DNA from: an uncultured Actinomycetota bacterium
GTDB lineage: Bacteria > Actinomycetota > Actinomycetes > Propionibacteriales > Nocardioidaceae
Assembly (NCBI GenBank): GCA_963844305.1
Contig: CAWJNT010000004.1
Span: forward strand, 2,956 to 66,955
DNA: 64,000 nucleotides
Direction: 5' to 3'
Part shown: positions 1-10,183 of the stretch, in pieces
How the letters are laid out: each line of letters starts with the position of its first letter
Numbering within the stretch: position 1 is the stretch's first letter
Translations under genes and position numbers: made by a program
Notes under the pieces: generated by a model
What the model was told of the DNA's origin: nothing
The model's input: only the letters and a program-made list of their open reading frames with translations
The model's database searches: none

Positions 1-362
1 TGCTCCTGCGGGATGGGAAGCCTGAGATCGTGTTCGGGACGATGGGTGCCGACGCGCAGGCGCAAGTCCAACTGCAGCTGCTACTGGGATTCGTTGATTT
101 CGAGCTGGAGCCGCAGATGGCAATCGAAACGCCACGTTGGGTTTCGGGTGCCGAGCCGGATGGCTCGCCCTGGCTGCGGGTCGAGCCCAGAATGGGCGAG
201 GCGACGATTGAGGACCTGCGGCGGCGAGGTCACAATGTCGTCGTTGGCGAGGAGTGGGACTCGGCGATGGGTCACGCGCACTGCATTCGGATCAGTCGCG
301 AGCTGGGAGCGTACGGCGGAGGTACCGACCCGCGCAGCGATGGTTTGGCAGCAGGCTGGTGA
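1..362 (+). CDS. ggt: Gamma-glutamyltransferase family protein, C-terminal part (5' truncated by window edge)
   Basis: FGTMGADAQAQVQLQLL (GxxGG/QPQ-type motif), EPQMAIETPRW and C-terminal GGTDPRSDGLAAGW are typical of the GGT small subunit. Confidence 0.85.
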   Translation, partial: LLRDGKPEIVFGTMGADAQAQVQLQLLLGFVDFELEPQMAIETPRWVSGAEPDGSPWLRVEPRMGEATIEDLRRRGHNVVVGEEWDSAMGHAHCIRISRELGAYGGGTDPRSDGLAAGW

Positions 363-1400
363 ACCAGCGAGCGGACGTCGAGCGGGTCCTGACCTCGGTC
401 ATTGGTGAGTCGGGGCAACGACTGGTCGAGCCGGATCGGATCGTGGCGTTCGCATCCGAGGATGGTTGGCTCGGCGTTGGGGTGTCGATCGAGCCGTCGA
501 TCGACGAGCTGCGCCGGATGCACGGAGCGCTGGCCGGGTAGTTCGGCGGCGCGGTCGAGCTACGAACTCCGACGAGGGTCTATCGAGGAGGTCGTGGGTT
601 TGGCGAGGGCAAACACGTCATCGTCGTGCTTGGTGGCAAGGGCGGGGTCGGAAAATCGACGGTCGCCGCGAACCTGGGCATCACGCTCTCGGCGATGGGG
701 ATGTCGGTTGGGCTTCTGGACGGCGACATCAACGCACCTGACATGCCGCAGATGCTCGGTATCGGCCCGCCGAGCGCCCGACGAGGGCAATGCGAACGCT
801 GTTCGGACAATCGATTCCGCCGCCGTCTCGGAGACAGCGTCCTGTCGTTCGACACGGGCTCGAATCGTGGTCGATCGGGTTCGTGACACCGGAGGGAGTT
901 CCTCCAGCCTGGACAGGGCACCTGATGATCGCCGGACTCCTGCGCCACCTCGTCTTCGACGTTGGCTGGGATGCAGATGTCCTGCTGATCGACGCACCGC
1001 CAGGCACGGGAGATGAGATTCAGGCGATGACCCGCGACCTGCCGCTGTCGGGCGCGGTCTTCCTCACGACGCCTCAGGATCTGGCCCAGATGGACGCGGA
1101 GCGAACACTGACGCTGTTGAACGAGCGCGGCGTGCCGGTAATCGGGATGGTCCAGAACATGGCGGCGTTGACCTGCCCACACTGTGGTGAGCCAATCGAC
1201 CTGTTCGCGTCATCAGCACGGCTGGCCGATGCTGGGGTGGCGATTCTGGGGAGGTGCCGTTCGATGTCCAACTATCAGTGTCTGCCGATCAGGGGGTGCC
1301 GCTTGTGCTCGGAAATCCACGCGGTCCGGTCGCGGTCGAGTTTGCGCGGATCGGAGTAGCGGTCAGGAAGTGGATCCGAGGGTTGGACGACGGGGGATGA
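359..1400 (+). CDS. Mrp/NBP35 (ApbC-like) P-loop ATPase, broken by several apparent frameshifts
   Basis: Pieces in different frames: GGKGGVGKSTVAANLG (deviant Walker A), LLDGDINAP, LIDAPPGTGD, TTPQDLA, GMVQNM..CPHCGE; last piece VPFDVQLSVSADQGVP ends at TGA 1398-1400. Confidence 0.8.
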
Positions 1401-1446
1401 GGTCGGGCGGATTCTCTCTGCCCATCCCTCATCCCCTGTGCCTGCG

Positions 1447-1989
1447 CTAGATACCCAGGTCCAGTGCCGTGATGCAGGTGTCGATGCTGTCTTCGTTGCA
1501 GGTGAAGGTCGCAGCGACAATCAGGATGTCATCATCCTCGATTTCGTCGAGGTCGATCGACAGGTCGCCGAGATCGGCATCGCCCTGTTCACGCGCCGCC
1601 GAACCGGTCATCGCAGTTGTGATGGCAAGCTCGTCACCGTTGTGCATGACTGAGAGCATCAGTTCACCGAGGGCAACGTGCTCGTCGACCGTCCAGCCAT
1701 CGTCTTCGACGTCGCTCTCGTAGAAGCTGGCGACATCGTCCATGCTTGAGTCGCTGACTCGATAGGCTACCGCTTTCGCATCCGAAATATCGGCATCTCC
1801 CGCGTCGACATCTTCCGCGCTGATGTCTTCTTCACCAAGCCGGTCGGCCCCACTCGGGGCAGGGAAGTCGCCGCCGCCGCCGTTGCCACCGTCATCGTCG
1901 TCGCCGCCACCGCAGGCGGCCAGCATCGAGAACGCCATCACGAGCGCAACGAGGACCAGCGATACGCGGGACAGGTAGCTCCTGGACAT
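1447..1989 (-). CDS. Hypothetical acidic lipoprotein
   Basis: Hydrophobic signal followed by lipobox LAAC, a Gly/Asp linker and an Asp/Glu-rich mature domain. Confidence 0.7.
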   Translation of the reverse strand: MSRSYLSRVSLVLVALVMAFSMLAACGGGDDDDGGNGGGGDFPAPSGADRLGEEDISAEDVDAGDADISDAKAVAYRVSDSSMDDVASFYESDVEDDGWTVDEHVALGELMLSVMHNGDELAITTAMTGSAAREQGDADLGDLSIDLDEIEDDDILIVAATFTCNEDSIDTCITALDLGI

Positions 1990-2107
1990 TCAACCCCCTC
2001 GAATTACATGTGGCAGACGCCACCAGTGCCGGAACCGGTCGTACGTCGCCCGGCGTCTCGAATTCGCCGATTGTGGCACAGCGCATCCGGTCCGCGCGCA
2101 TAACGGA

Positions 2108-3430
2108 CTAGGCAACCCAGTACCATGTGGAGAACTGGACTGTCAGGAGCGCCAGCAGCACGATCGACGGAATAAGCGCCAGCCTAAAGGAGACTCGTCG
2201 TTGCGTCAACAGTGCCAGCGCGATGAACAGTGGAAACATGACGATGAGAAAACGCGACATCGACATCAGCGGGTGGATCGTCGACGGGCTGAACAGCGGC
2301 AACAGGTAGAGCATGACGGGAAAGATCGCGTACTCAATCGGGAGCTTGATGAGGCAGTAGATCAGGAGAGGAATCGCCAGCAGCGCGAACGCGATATCCA
2401 GTGATTCGTACTCGGCGAAGCCGAAGCGGACGGTATGGGATGTCAGGGTCGTCCAGGTTGGCGATTCGATGAGTGCGCGCAGCCAGCCAAGGTCGAGTTG
2501 GTCGAAGGCCATCCTGAAGGTCGTCCAGGGCATCGCCTGCTCGCGTGCCCAGCCTTTCTGGGCATCGAGCGTAAGGAGCGGATCGCGGTAGGTGCGCCAG
2601 AGTGCGAACATATAGAGGAGCGGTCCAAGCCCTGGCAGGCCGACCGCTAGCCATGTCCGGGGCCAGCGGCGCGGGTCAACGCCGTGCCGCTTGAGGAAGA
2701 TGATCCCGAGCGGCACGACGAGCAGGACGCCGACGTTGCGGGTCAGCGCGGCCAGCAGTCCGGCCAGCCCGGCCCGCCACCACGTGCCGCCGGTCGCCCA
2801 ATAGTAGGCGAGCAGGCTGAAGAGCAGGAAGAACGATTCGCTGTAGACGGCCGACAAATAGAAGGCGGTCGGGAAGAATGCCAGCAGCCAGAGCGCCCGG
2901 TTCGCGACGGCATCACCCCACCCACGGCTGACGAGACGCCGGAAGACCACGAGAGCGAGGAAGAATGCGACGTTAGCGAGGATCAGTCCTGCCGTTTCGA
3001 CGCGGATGGCGAAGATATCGGCCAGGACCCGCATTGACCACGGATAGAGCGGCCAGAAGGCGGTCGATGCAGGATGGTAGTCGTAGCCTTCGGTGGCGAT
3101 CAGCGAGTACCAGAAGCCGTCCCAGTTGCGTAGCGGCTGGATGAAGAGTTCGCCGATGCCGTTGAGGTCGGGCAGGTACCAGCCGACGGCCGGAACGGTG
3201 TCCATCCGGCGGGCGTAGCGCGTGGCGAGTGCGGCAGAGCCGGCGACGACGATCCAGTGCAGGACGAAGACGAGCGCCGGTAGCGCAAGCTCCTGCTCGC
3301 GGGCGAACGTGCGCAGGGCAGCGAACGGCGTCCGAACGCCGGATCGGGATCGTGAGGCGTCGATTGTTGACGGTCGTGACGTCACATCGCGGTCCTTCCC
3401 ACCGGCGGTCTGTCGCGTGGAGCGTGCCAC
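2108..3430 (-). CDS. Polytopic GT-C mannosyltransferase, PIG-V/GPI-mannosyltransferase-2-like (start uncertain, possibly 3382)
   Basis: [45 protein letters not shown] motifs and many TM helices. Confidence 0.8.
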   Translation of the reverse strand: MARSTRQTAGGKDRDVTSRPSTIDASRSRSGVRTPFAALRTFAREQELALPALVFVLHWIVVAGSAALATRYARRMDTVPAVGWYLPDLNGIGELFIQPLRNWDGFWYSLIATEGYDYHPASTAFWPLYPWSMRVLADIFAIRVETAGLILANVAFFLALVVFRRLVSRGWGDAVANRALWLLAFFPTAFYLSAVYSESFFLLFSLLAYYWATGGTWWRAGLAGLLAALTRNVGVLLVVPLGIIFLKRHGVDPRRWPRTWLAVGLPGLGPLLYMFALWRTYRDPLLTLDAQKGWAREQAMPWTTFRMAFDQLDLGWLRALIESPTWTTLTSHTVRFGFAEYESLDIAFALLAIPLLIYCLIKLPIEYAIFPVMLYLLPLFSPSTIHPLMSMSRFLIVMFPLFIALALLTQRRVSFRLALIPSIVLLALLTVQFSTWYWVA

Positions 3431-3525
3431 GCGATGCGCGTGCAGGCCAGCGATGCCCGCACCGGTGCTACAATGCCGATTCGGGAGGTGGGGTTACCCG
3501 CTGGCGACTGCGGAAGGTACGGCCA

Positions 3526-4331
3526 ATGGATCTTGGGCTGTCGGGAAAGGTTGCGATTGTCGCCGCCTCCAGCAAGGGACTTGGACGCGCCTGCGCGACC
3601 CAGCTCGCGCGCGAGGGCGCAACGGTCGTGATGTGTTCGCGCAACCAGGCGGCAATCGAAGCGGCGGCCAGCGATGCGCAGCGGGCGGCGATGAAGCCGA
3701 GAACGGCGGCAGTGCGCACGCCGTTGTTGCTGATGTGACATTGCCCGGCGACATTACGCGGCTGGTCGAGACGACGATCGAGCGCTTTGGGCGAGTGGAT
3801 GTCCTGATTGCCAACGCCGGTGGCCCACCTTCCGGGTCATTCGAGTCGTTCGACGAAGCGGCCTATCTCGATGCAATCAACCTCAATCTGATGAGCACGT
3901 TGCGCCTCTCGCGGGCAGTCGTTCCGCACATGAAAGAGCAGGGCGGCGGCTCGATCGTCAACATCACGTCGATTGCGGTCAAGCAGCCGCTGGATGGGCT
4001 GATCCTCTCCAACACGGCCCGGAGCGGCGTGATTGGTCTGGCCAAGAGCATGGCCAACGAGCTTGGCAAGTACAACATTCGGGTCAACAGCGTCGGACCG
4101 GGGCCGACGAAGACTGACCGAGTCCTGGATCTTGCGAAGCAACGTTCGGCTGCGCTCGGTGTGACGGTCCAGGAGGCGCTGGACCGCGATTGGACCGGCA
4201 TCCCGCTGGGGCGGCTCGGCGAACCAGAAGAGTTCGCCAACGTCGTCACCTTCCTGGCGTCACCGGCCGCGAGCTACGTGACCGGTGTGTTCATTCAGGT
4301 AGATGGTGGCATGTATCGAGGGCTTTTGTAG
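3526..4331 (+). CDS. SDR family oxidoreductase (one frameshift near 3680-3700)
   Basis: [50 protein letters not shown]. Confidence 0.85.
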
Positions 4332-4334
4332 CGG

Positions 4335-4458
4335 GTCAGTGTGTCAGCCAGTCAGTCGGTCAGCCTGAGAGGCCGAGTGTCAATCGCGATTGTCGCGACC
4401 AATTGACAGCCTGACTAACTGACACACTGACCGTCTGACTAACTGACAGGCTGATAGC
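4335..4458. repeat. Intergenic array of short GTCAG / CTGAC repeats in inverted arrangement
   Basis: gtcagtgtgtcag (4335-4347) is the exact reverse complement of ctgacacactgac (4419-4431); further gtcag copies on the left and ctgac/ctgat copies on the right. Confidence 0.75.
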
Positions 4459-4463
4459 TACCC

Positions 4464-5633
4464 GTGAAAATCCTGCTGGTTTCGCCGTTTGATTTTGGGC
4501 ACCAGGGTGGTGTCAATGAGCATATCGCACAGCTCGATCGCCAGTTTGTGGCGATGGGACATCAGACGCGGATTCTTGCGGCGACATCGTTGGAGACCGG
4601 CGAGGTGGACGACGGGCATCTGTACCAGCTTGGGATGGCTGTCCCGCTGCCCTCGAACGGGTCGACGGCGAGGATTACGTTCTCTCCGTTCGTGCTGGGG
4701 AAGGTCAAGGCGTTTCTGGACTCAGAAGAGTTCGACGTCATCCATCTCCATGAGCCGCTGACGCCGATGCTCTCGCTGGCGGCGCTGCTGCATTCGCGGA
4801 CGGTCAATGTCGGGACATTTCATGCGGCCCGCCCGTTCAACCTGCTCTACCACTACACCAAAGCCATTCTCGATATGTTCTTCAACAAGCTGGACGCGAA
4901 GATCGCCGTGTCTGAAGCGGCGCGCTCATTTGTGGACTCCTATTTTCCGGCCGAGTTCGACATCATCCCGAATGGCATCTCGCTGGATGACTACGGTCAG
5001 CGGGTCGAGCCGTTGCCGGAATTGATGGACGGGCGGCGCAACATCCTTTTCGTCGGTCGCTACAACGAACCCCGCAAGGGCTTCCGCTACCTCGTCCGGG
5101 CAATGCCGATGATCCGCGGCCAGTTTCCGGACGCGCGGCTGGTCGTGGTCGGCAACGGCGACCCGTCGCGCTACGAGCGCTTTCTGGAGCAGAACGGCGT
5201 CACCGACGTCATCTTCACCGGCTTCGTGCCATACGAGATGCTGCCGCGCTACTACGCGTCGGCCGATGTCTTCTGCGCGCCATCGACTGGACGCGAGTCA
5301 TTCGGGCTGATCCTGCTGGAGGGGATGGCGAGCGGTATTCCGGTCGTCGCGGCGTCGAACGCCGGCTATAGCGCGGTCCTGGAGAACGGGGTGACAGGCG
5401 TCCTGACTCCTCCGAAAGACGAGCATGCGCTGGCGATGGGCGTCGTCCGTGTCCTGGCCGACATTGAATTTCGCGAGCGGATCGTGACCAACGCATTAGA
5501 GCACGTCAAGCAGTTCGACTGGCCGGTCATCGCCGGACGGGTGATCGAGGTCTACGAGCGGGCGATCGCGACGAGCCAGGCAGGGCCGGCACAACGTCTC
5601 TGGCCGGTCGAGATCGCAGGGCGACGTGGTTAG
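4464..5633 (+). CDS. GT4 glycosyltransferase, PimA-like phosphatidylinositol mannosyltransferase
   Basis: SPFDFGHQGGV, HLHEP, GTFH, GRYNEPRKG and ESFGLILLEGMA resemble PimA motifs; adjacent to a CDP-alcohol phosphotransferase. Confidence 0.75.
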   Translation: MKILLVSPFDFGHQGGVNEHIAQLDRQFVAMGHQTRILAATSLETGEVDDGHLYQLGMAVPLPSNGSTARITFSPFVLGKVKAFLDSEEFDVIHLHEPLTPMLSLAALLHSRTVNVGTFHAARPFNLLYHYTKAILDMFFNKLDAKIAVSEAARSFVDSYFPAEFDIIPNGISLDDYGQRVEPLPELMDGRRNILFVGRYNEPRKGFRYLVRAMPMIRGQFPDARLVVVGNGDPSRYERFLEQNGVTDVIFTGFVPYEMLPRYYASADVFCAPSTGRESFGLILLEGMASGIPVVAASNAGYSAVLENGVTGVLTPPKDEHALAMGVVRVLADIEFRERIVTNALEHVKQFDWPVIAGRVIEVYERAIATSQAGPAQRLWPVEIAGRRG

Positions 5634-6221
5634 CACGCGTTTCGCCAACCGGGTCCGCGGCCGGCTGGACCGCTTGGGACGATCGTCGCGCGGACGCACC
5701 TGTCGCCGAACATGCTGACGGTGATCGGGCTGCTCCTGAACATTGGTGTTGCGGCCGTTATCGCGTCGGGCAATCTCGTGCTCGGTGGTGTGCTGGTACT
5801 GGTGGCGGGCGGGTTCGACGCCCTGGATGGCGCGGTGGCACGGGCGACCGGCCAGACCAGCACGTTCGGCGCGTTCCTCGACAGCACGATGGACCGCTAC
5901 TCGGAGGCGATCGTCTTCGCCGGATTGCTGATCTATCTGACAGAGACTGATGCCGGTACGGTTCCGATCCTGCTGACATATGCGACGATTGTCGGGTCGC
6001 TGATGATCTCGTACAGCCGCGCCAAGGCCGAGCAGATCGGGATCAAGGGCGATGTCGGGTTTGCTCAGCGGCTGGAGCGGGTCCTGATCCTCGCGTTCTT
6101 TCTCGTCATCTCCCAACCGGTCTGGGGACTCTGGATTCTGGCGGTCGCGACCCAGGTCACGGCCATCCACCGTGTCCTGCATGTCTGGAACGTGACCCGG
6201 CAGGGCGATATAAGCTCGTAG
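5626..6221 (+). CDS. pgsA: CDP-alcohol phosphatidyltransferase (PI/PIP synthase type); frameshift near 5670-5680
   Basis: LSPNMLT and DALDGAVARATGQTSTFGAFLDSTMDRYSE (DGxxAR..G...D...D signature); GTG start overlaps the GT4 stop. Confidence 0.8.
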
Positions 6222-6242
6222 CTCAAACGTACAGGGAGTACT

Positions 6243-7222
6243 GTGCAGAGTCAGGATAATGCCTCGGCGGCGCGAACATGCCTGATCCTGGCGCTCGTCC
6301 TCGCCGGATTCGTGCTGATCGCGTGTGTGATCGTGGCGCTCGGCTTCGTCGTCGACCTTGGTGGCGAAGATCCGAGGCCGGAGGACCAGCGCGGGACAGT
6401 CGTCGCCGATTCAGATGAGACACCGTTCCTGTTCACCGTTATCGATGTTGGGCAGGGTGCGTGTGTCGTGGTCGTCACGCCGGACGGGCGGACGCTGGTG
6501 GCGGATGCCGGGCGCTCGCAGGAACGCGTGCGGGAGATCGTGATCCCATACCTGCGCGAACAGGGCGTCGAGCGGATCGATTATCTGGTCGCGACCAACC
6601 CGGACCAGGACCATATCGGCGGGATGCCGGCCATCCTTGAAGAGATGGAGGTCGGCGCCTGGGTCGATCCGGTTGTCGAGACGACGAACCTGACCTACGC
6701 GGAGTCGCTTGAGATGGTCGATTCGCTGGGGATCGAGGCGATCCGAGCGCGGCGAGGCGGGACGCTCGATATGGGGCCGGAGGTGACGGCCGAGATCCTC
6801 TGGCCGGTCGATCCGCTGATGATGGATGGATCGCAGGAGAGCCGCAACAACAACAGCATCGTGATCCGGATAACGCATGAGGATGTGTCGTTTCTGATCA
6901 CCGGCGACATCGAAGAGCCGGCAGAGGAGGCGCTGGTCGAGGCGGATGAGGACGAACTGTTGCAGGCAGACGTGCTGGTCGTCCCGCATCATGGAAGCAA
7001 CACATCCAGCACCGCCCAGTTCCTGGATGCGGTCTCGCCGACGGTGGCGATCATTCCGGTCGGGCTGGACAACCAGTACGACCACCCGCGTGACGAGGTG
7101 ATCCAGCGGCTGCGCTTCCGCTCAATCCGGATCTATCGGACCGATCTGGACGGACGGTTGAGGTCCGGAGCAATGGCGACGAGTACCAGGTCCAGGTGCT
7201 TGGAACGGAGGACGCTCCTTGA
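6243..7222 (+). CDS. ComEC/Rec2-like metallo-beta-lactamase-fold hydrolase with N-terminal TM anchor; frameshift near 7155
   Basis: IDVGQG, TNPDQDHIGG, NNNSIV, TGDIE, VPHHGS, NQYDHP, YRTDLDG; shifted tail TVEVRSNG..EDAP ends at TGA 7220-7222. Confidence 0.8.
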
Positions 7223-7457
7223 GCCACGAACACCAGCGGATGACCGTCGACGAGATCGAACTGAACGCGAACAATGAGCGAGTCGCAGTCCTGATCGGCG
7301 ATGACGGCAGCCAGATCGTGATGCCGCTGACACTGCTGCCGGCCGGGACCAAGGCAGGAGACGTCCTGAACCTCTCACTCGCGCATGACAGCGATGAAAC
7401 GGAGCGGCGCCGGGAGCGGGTCGCGGGACTGCAAAGAAGCTCTTCGGAGACCGGTAG
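7219..7457 (+). CDS. DUF3006-family small protein (frameshift near 7435)
   Basis: TVDEIE..AVL..LPAGTKAGDVL..ETERRRERV..LQ(K)KLFGDR*; usual partner of ComEC-like MBL genes. Confidence 0.65.
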
Positions 7458-7603
7458 CACGGTTCGCGGTGTGCGATGGTGTCTGAACTTGATCGCCATT
7501 CGATACGATCATGCTCAACGCAGCAAATCGTGACAACTGCTCGCCGCAGCGCTAAGAATATCGTGAGGTGGGCTGTCGGGTGCTTGGGAAGAAAGGTGTC
7601 GAT

Positions 7604-8450
7604 ATGGATGCTCAGGCTCAGATCCGTGAACTGTTAGACGGCTTCGACGGGGAGGCGGCGTACCTGGCGCGGAATCTGGTGACCGGGGAGGAGTTCGGGT
7701 ATCGGCCCGAGCGGGTGATGCCGACGGCTTCGACGATCAAAATTGTTGTGCTGGCGGAGCTGTTCCGGCAGGTTGACGCTGGTGCGGTTGATCTGGATGC
7801 GACGGTCAAGATCCAGGCTGAAGACCGGCGCGGTGGGTCGGGCATCCTGAAGGATCTGTCGGCGGGAGTGGTTGCGACGGTGCGCGATCACGCGACGCTG
7901 ATGACAGCGCTGTCGGACAACACCTCGACGGCACTGCTGGTGCGGCTGCTCGGTAGGGGAGCGGATCCTGGAGTCGGCGCGTGAAAGGGGGATGACCGAT
8001 ACAAGCGCGGGGTTCGACAGGGTCGCGGGCGGCCGCGCCCGGGACTATGCAGCTAGCACACCGCGCGACCTGGCGCATCTGCTCGGGTTGATCGCGACCG
8101 ATGCGATCGTTTCACCTGCGGCGTGCCGGGAGATGCGCGACATTCTGGGGACCAGCAGTACCACGAGCAGATCGCGCGGATGCTGCCGTTCCATCAGTTC
8201 GCACGCGAGGGGTACGTCCATAGTGGACCGGTGGTGGTTCGCTCGAAGAGCGGGTTCATGGCCGACGACAGCGGGGCTGTGCGGGTCGACGCCGGGATCG
8301 TCGAGATCGCGGATGGGCCGCGTTGGGTGATCGCGCTGATGACCGAAGGTCACCCTGATCACCGCTTCCACCCGGACCATCCGGGGATGGTCCCTGAACG
8401 GCCGCATATCGAGAATTGTCTACGACGCGTGGGCGGGCGACGCAGCCTGA
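7604..8450 (+). CDS. Serine hydrolase, class A beta-lactamase-like fold, several frameshifts
   Basis: MPTASTIK (SxxK), LSDNT (SDN), SKSG (KTG-like) spread over three frames; no signal peptide. Confidence 0.75.
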
Positions 8451-8482
8451 GGTATTGGGGAATGAGGGAGGGTCACGAGAGA

Positions 8483-9000
8483 GTGATTGTCGAACGGACA
8501 GGTGAGGCGCACGAACTGGGTTAGCAGTTGACGGTCGTCGGGGCACGTGCTCGAAGCGGGTGATGTCGCTCCGGAATATACACTGGAGTGGATGAACCCG
8601 GCTGACGGATCGATGCAGCAGGTCAGTCTCGCGGATTCGACCGGCAGCGTTCGGCTGTTGAACGTGATCAACTCGATCGACACGCCGGTCTGCCATGTCG
8701 AGACGCGGAGCTGGGAGCGGCGCCGGGGCGAACCGCCGGAGGATGTGCACGTGTTCACGATCAGCATGGACCTGCCGTTCGCACAGGCACGTTGGCACAG
8801 CGCGGAAAAGGTCGGGCATGCGTCATTGTCGGCTCACAAGAACGAGCAGTTCGGTATCGATTACGGCGTGTTGCTGAAAGAGTGGCGATTGCTGCAACGT
8901 GCGGTGTTCGTCATTGACCGCCACGGGCGGATTGCCCACAGTGAGTACGTTGGCGATCAGATGTTGGAGCCGAATTACGACGTCGCGTTGGCGGCGGCTC
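8483..9000 (+). CDS. tpx: Thiol peroxidase (Tpx-type peroxiredoxin); TAG plus frameshift near 8522-8545; 3' end fused at the junction
   Basis: SIDTPVC (peroxidatic Cys), SMDLPFAQARW, LLQRAVFV, EPNYD. Confidence 0.8.
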
Positions 9001-9010
9001 GCCGACGGCG
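8990..9010. other. Junction between two different genomes (probable chimeric assembly join)
   Basis: The tpx frame loses its stop and runs into the antisense of the kinase; the kinase is cut off after its catalytic domain; base composition and indel density change abruptly. Confidence 0.75.
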
Positions 9011-10017
9011 ACGGCCTCGGCGCCGGTGTCGCCGAACGGATCGGCCGCAGTGTCCTCGCCCGGCTCGGGCTCGACCACCACGGGCACGCGCGGCATCAGG
9101 TCGGCCTCCAGCTCCTCGTCCTCGCGTACGCCGGCCGCGAGCGCCTGGCTGACCCGGTGCAGCTGGTGGAGCATCACCGCCGCGTCGGCCGGCCGCTGCT
9201 CGCGGTCGCGCGCGGTGGCTCGCGCGACGAGCGCGTCGACGTACCGGGGGATGCCGGGCGCCTTCGCCGACGGTGGGGGCACGTCTTCGTGCACGTGCTT
9301 GTACGCCACGTGGATCGGCGAGTCGCCCTCGTGCGGCTTCGCGCCGGTCAGGAGCTCGTAGAGCACCACCCCCATGGCGTAGACGTCGGCCCGGGCGTCG
9401 GCGCGCCCGTCGACGACCAGCTCGGGGGCGAGGTAGGAGACGGTGCCGATCAGGACGCCGCCGGTGGCGGTGTGCTGGGTGTCGGCGCTGACCGCCTTGG
9501 CGAGCCCGAAGTCGGCGACCTTGACCCGGCCGTCGTCGGCGATCAGGACGTTCTCGGGCTTCACGTCGCGGTGGATCAGGCCCGCGCGGTGCGCCGCCGC
9601 CAGCGCCGAGAGCACCGGCTCGAGGAAGGCGACCGCCTTCGGCGGGCTCATCGGGCTCTCCTTGCGGATCACGTCGCGCAGGGTGTGCCCCGGGACCATC
9701 TCCATGGCGAGGTAGACGGTGCCGTCCTCGTCGCCCTGGTCGTAGACGGCCACCACGTTGGGGTGGGAGAGCCGGGCGGCGGCGCGGGCCTCGCGCACGA
9801 ATCGCGCGGCGAACTCGTCGTCGTCGCCGAGGCCGGGGTGCATCACCTTGACCGCGACCGCCCGGTCGAGCCGGATGTCGGTGGCCTCGTAGACGCTGGC
9901 CATCCCGCCGCGCGCGATCCGCGACCCGATCCGGTAGCGACCGTCCAGCAGACGGCCGTTCAAGGGGTCGCTCGTGCCGGCAGCGTCACCCGTCTGGGCG
10001 TGCTTGTCCTGCTGCAC
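9000..10017 (-). CDS. pknL: Hanks-type Ser/Thr protein kinase, PknL-like, 3' truncated at the junction
   Basis: GRYRIGSRIARGGMASVY, VAVK, HRDVKPEN, DFG, YLAPE; divergent Rv2175c-like neighbour; no TM or PASTA part before the junction. Confidence 0.75.
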
Positions 10018-10183
10018 GTCGACCTCTTTCGCACCGGTGGGGGAAGACCCCGGTCTGGTTCATGGTACGTATCCGGTGCCGCGACGCCGTCCCCGACCGA
10101 ATTGCGGCGTGGCGTGGCGCACTCTCAACGAGGTCACCCCACACCTGTTTTCGAGACGCCCTGGTTGGTGCAAGAGTGGGGCA

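Noticed and set aside
8522-8524. In-frame TAG in tpx as possible pyrrolysine or readthrough
   Set aside because: It lies in an error-dense segment next to a frameshift, a single substitution (GAG) explains it, and there are no pyl genes in the window.
1-9000. Genomic island or prophage explanation for the low-GC segment
   Set aside because: It contains only housekeeping-type genes, has no integrase, tRNA or att repeats, and genes on both sides of the join are cut.
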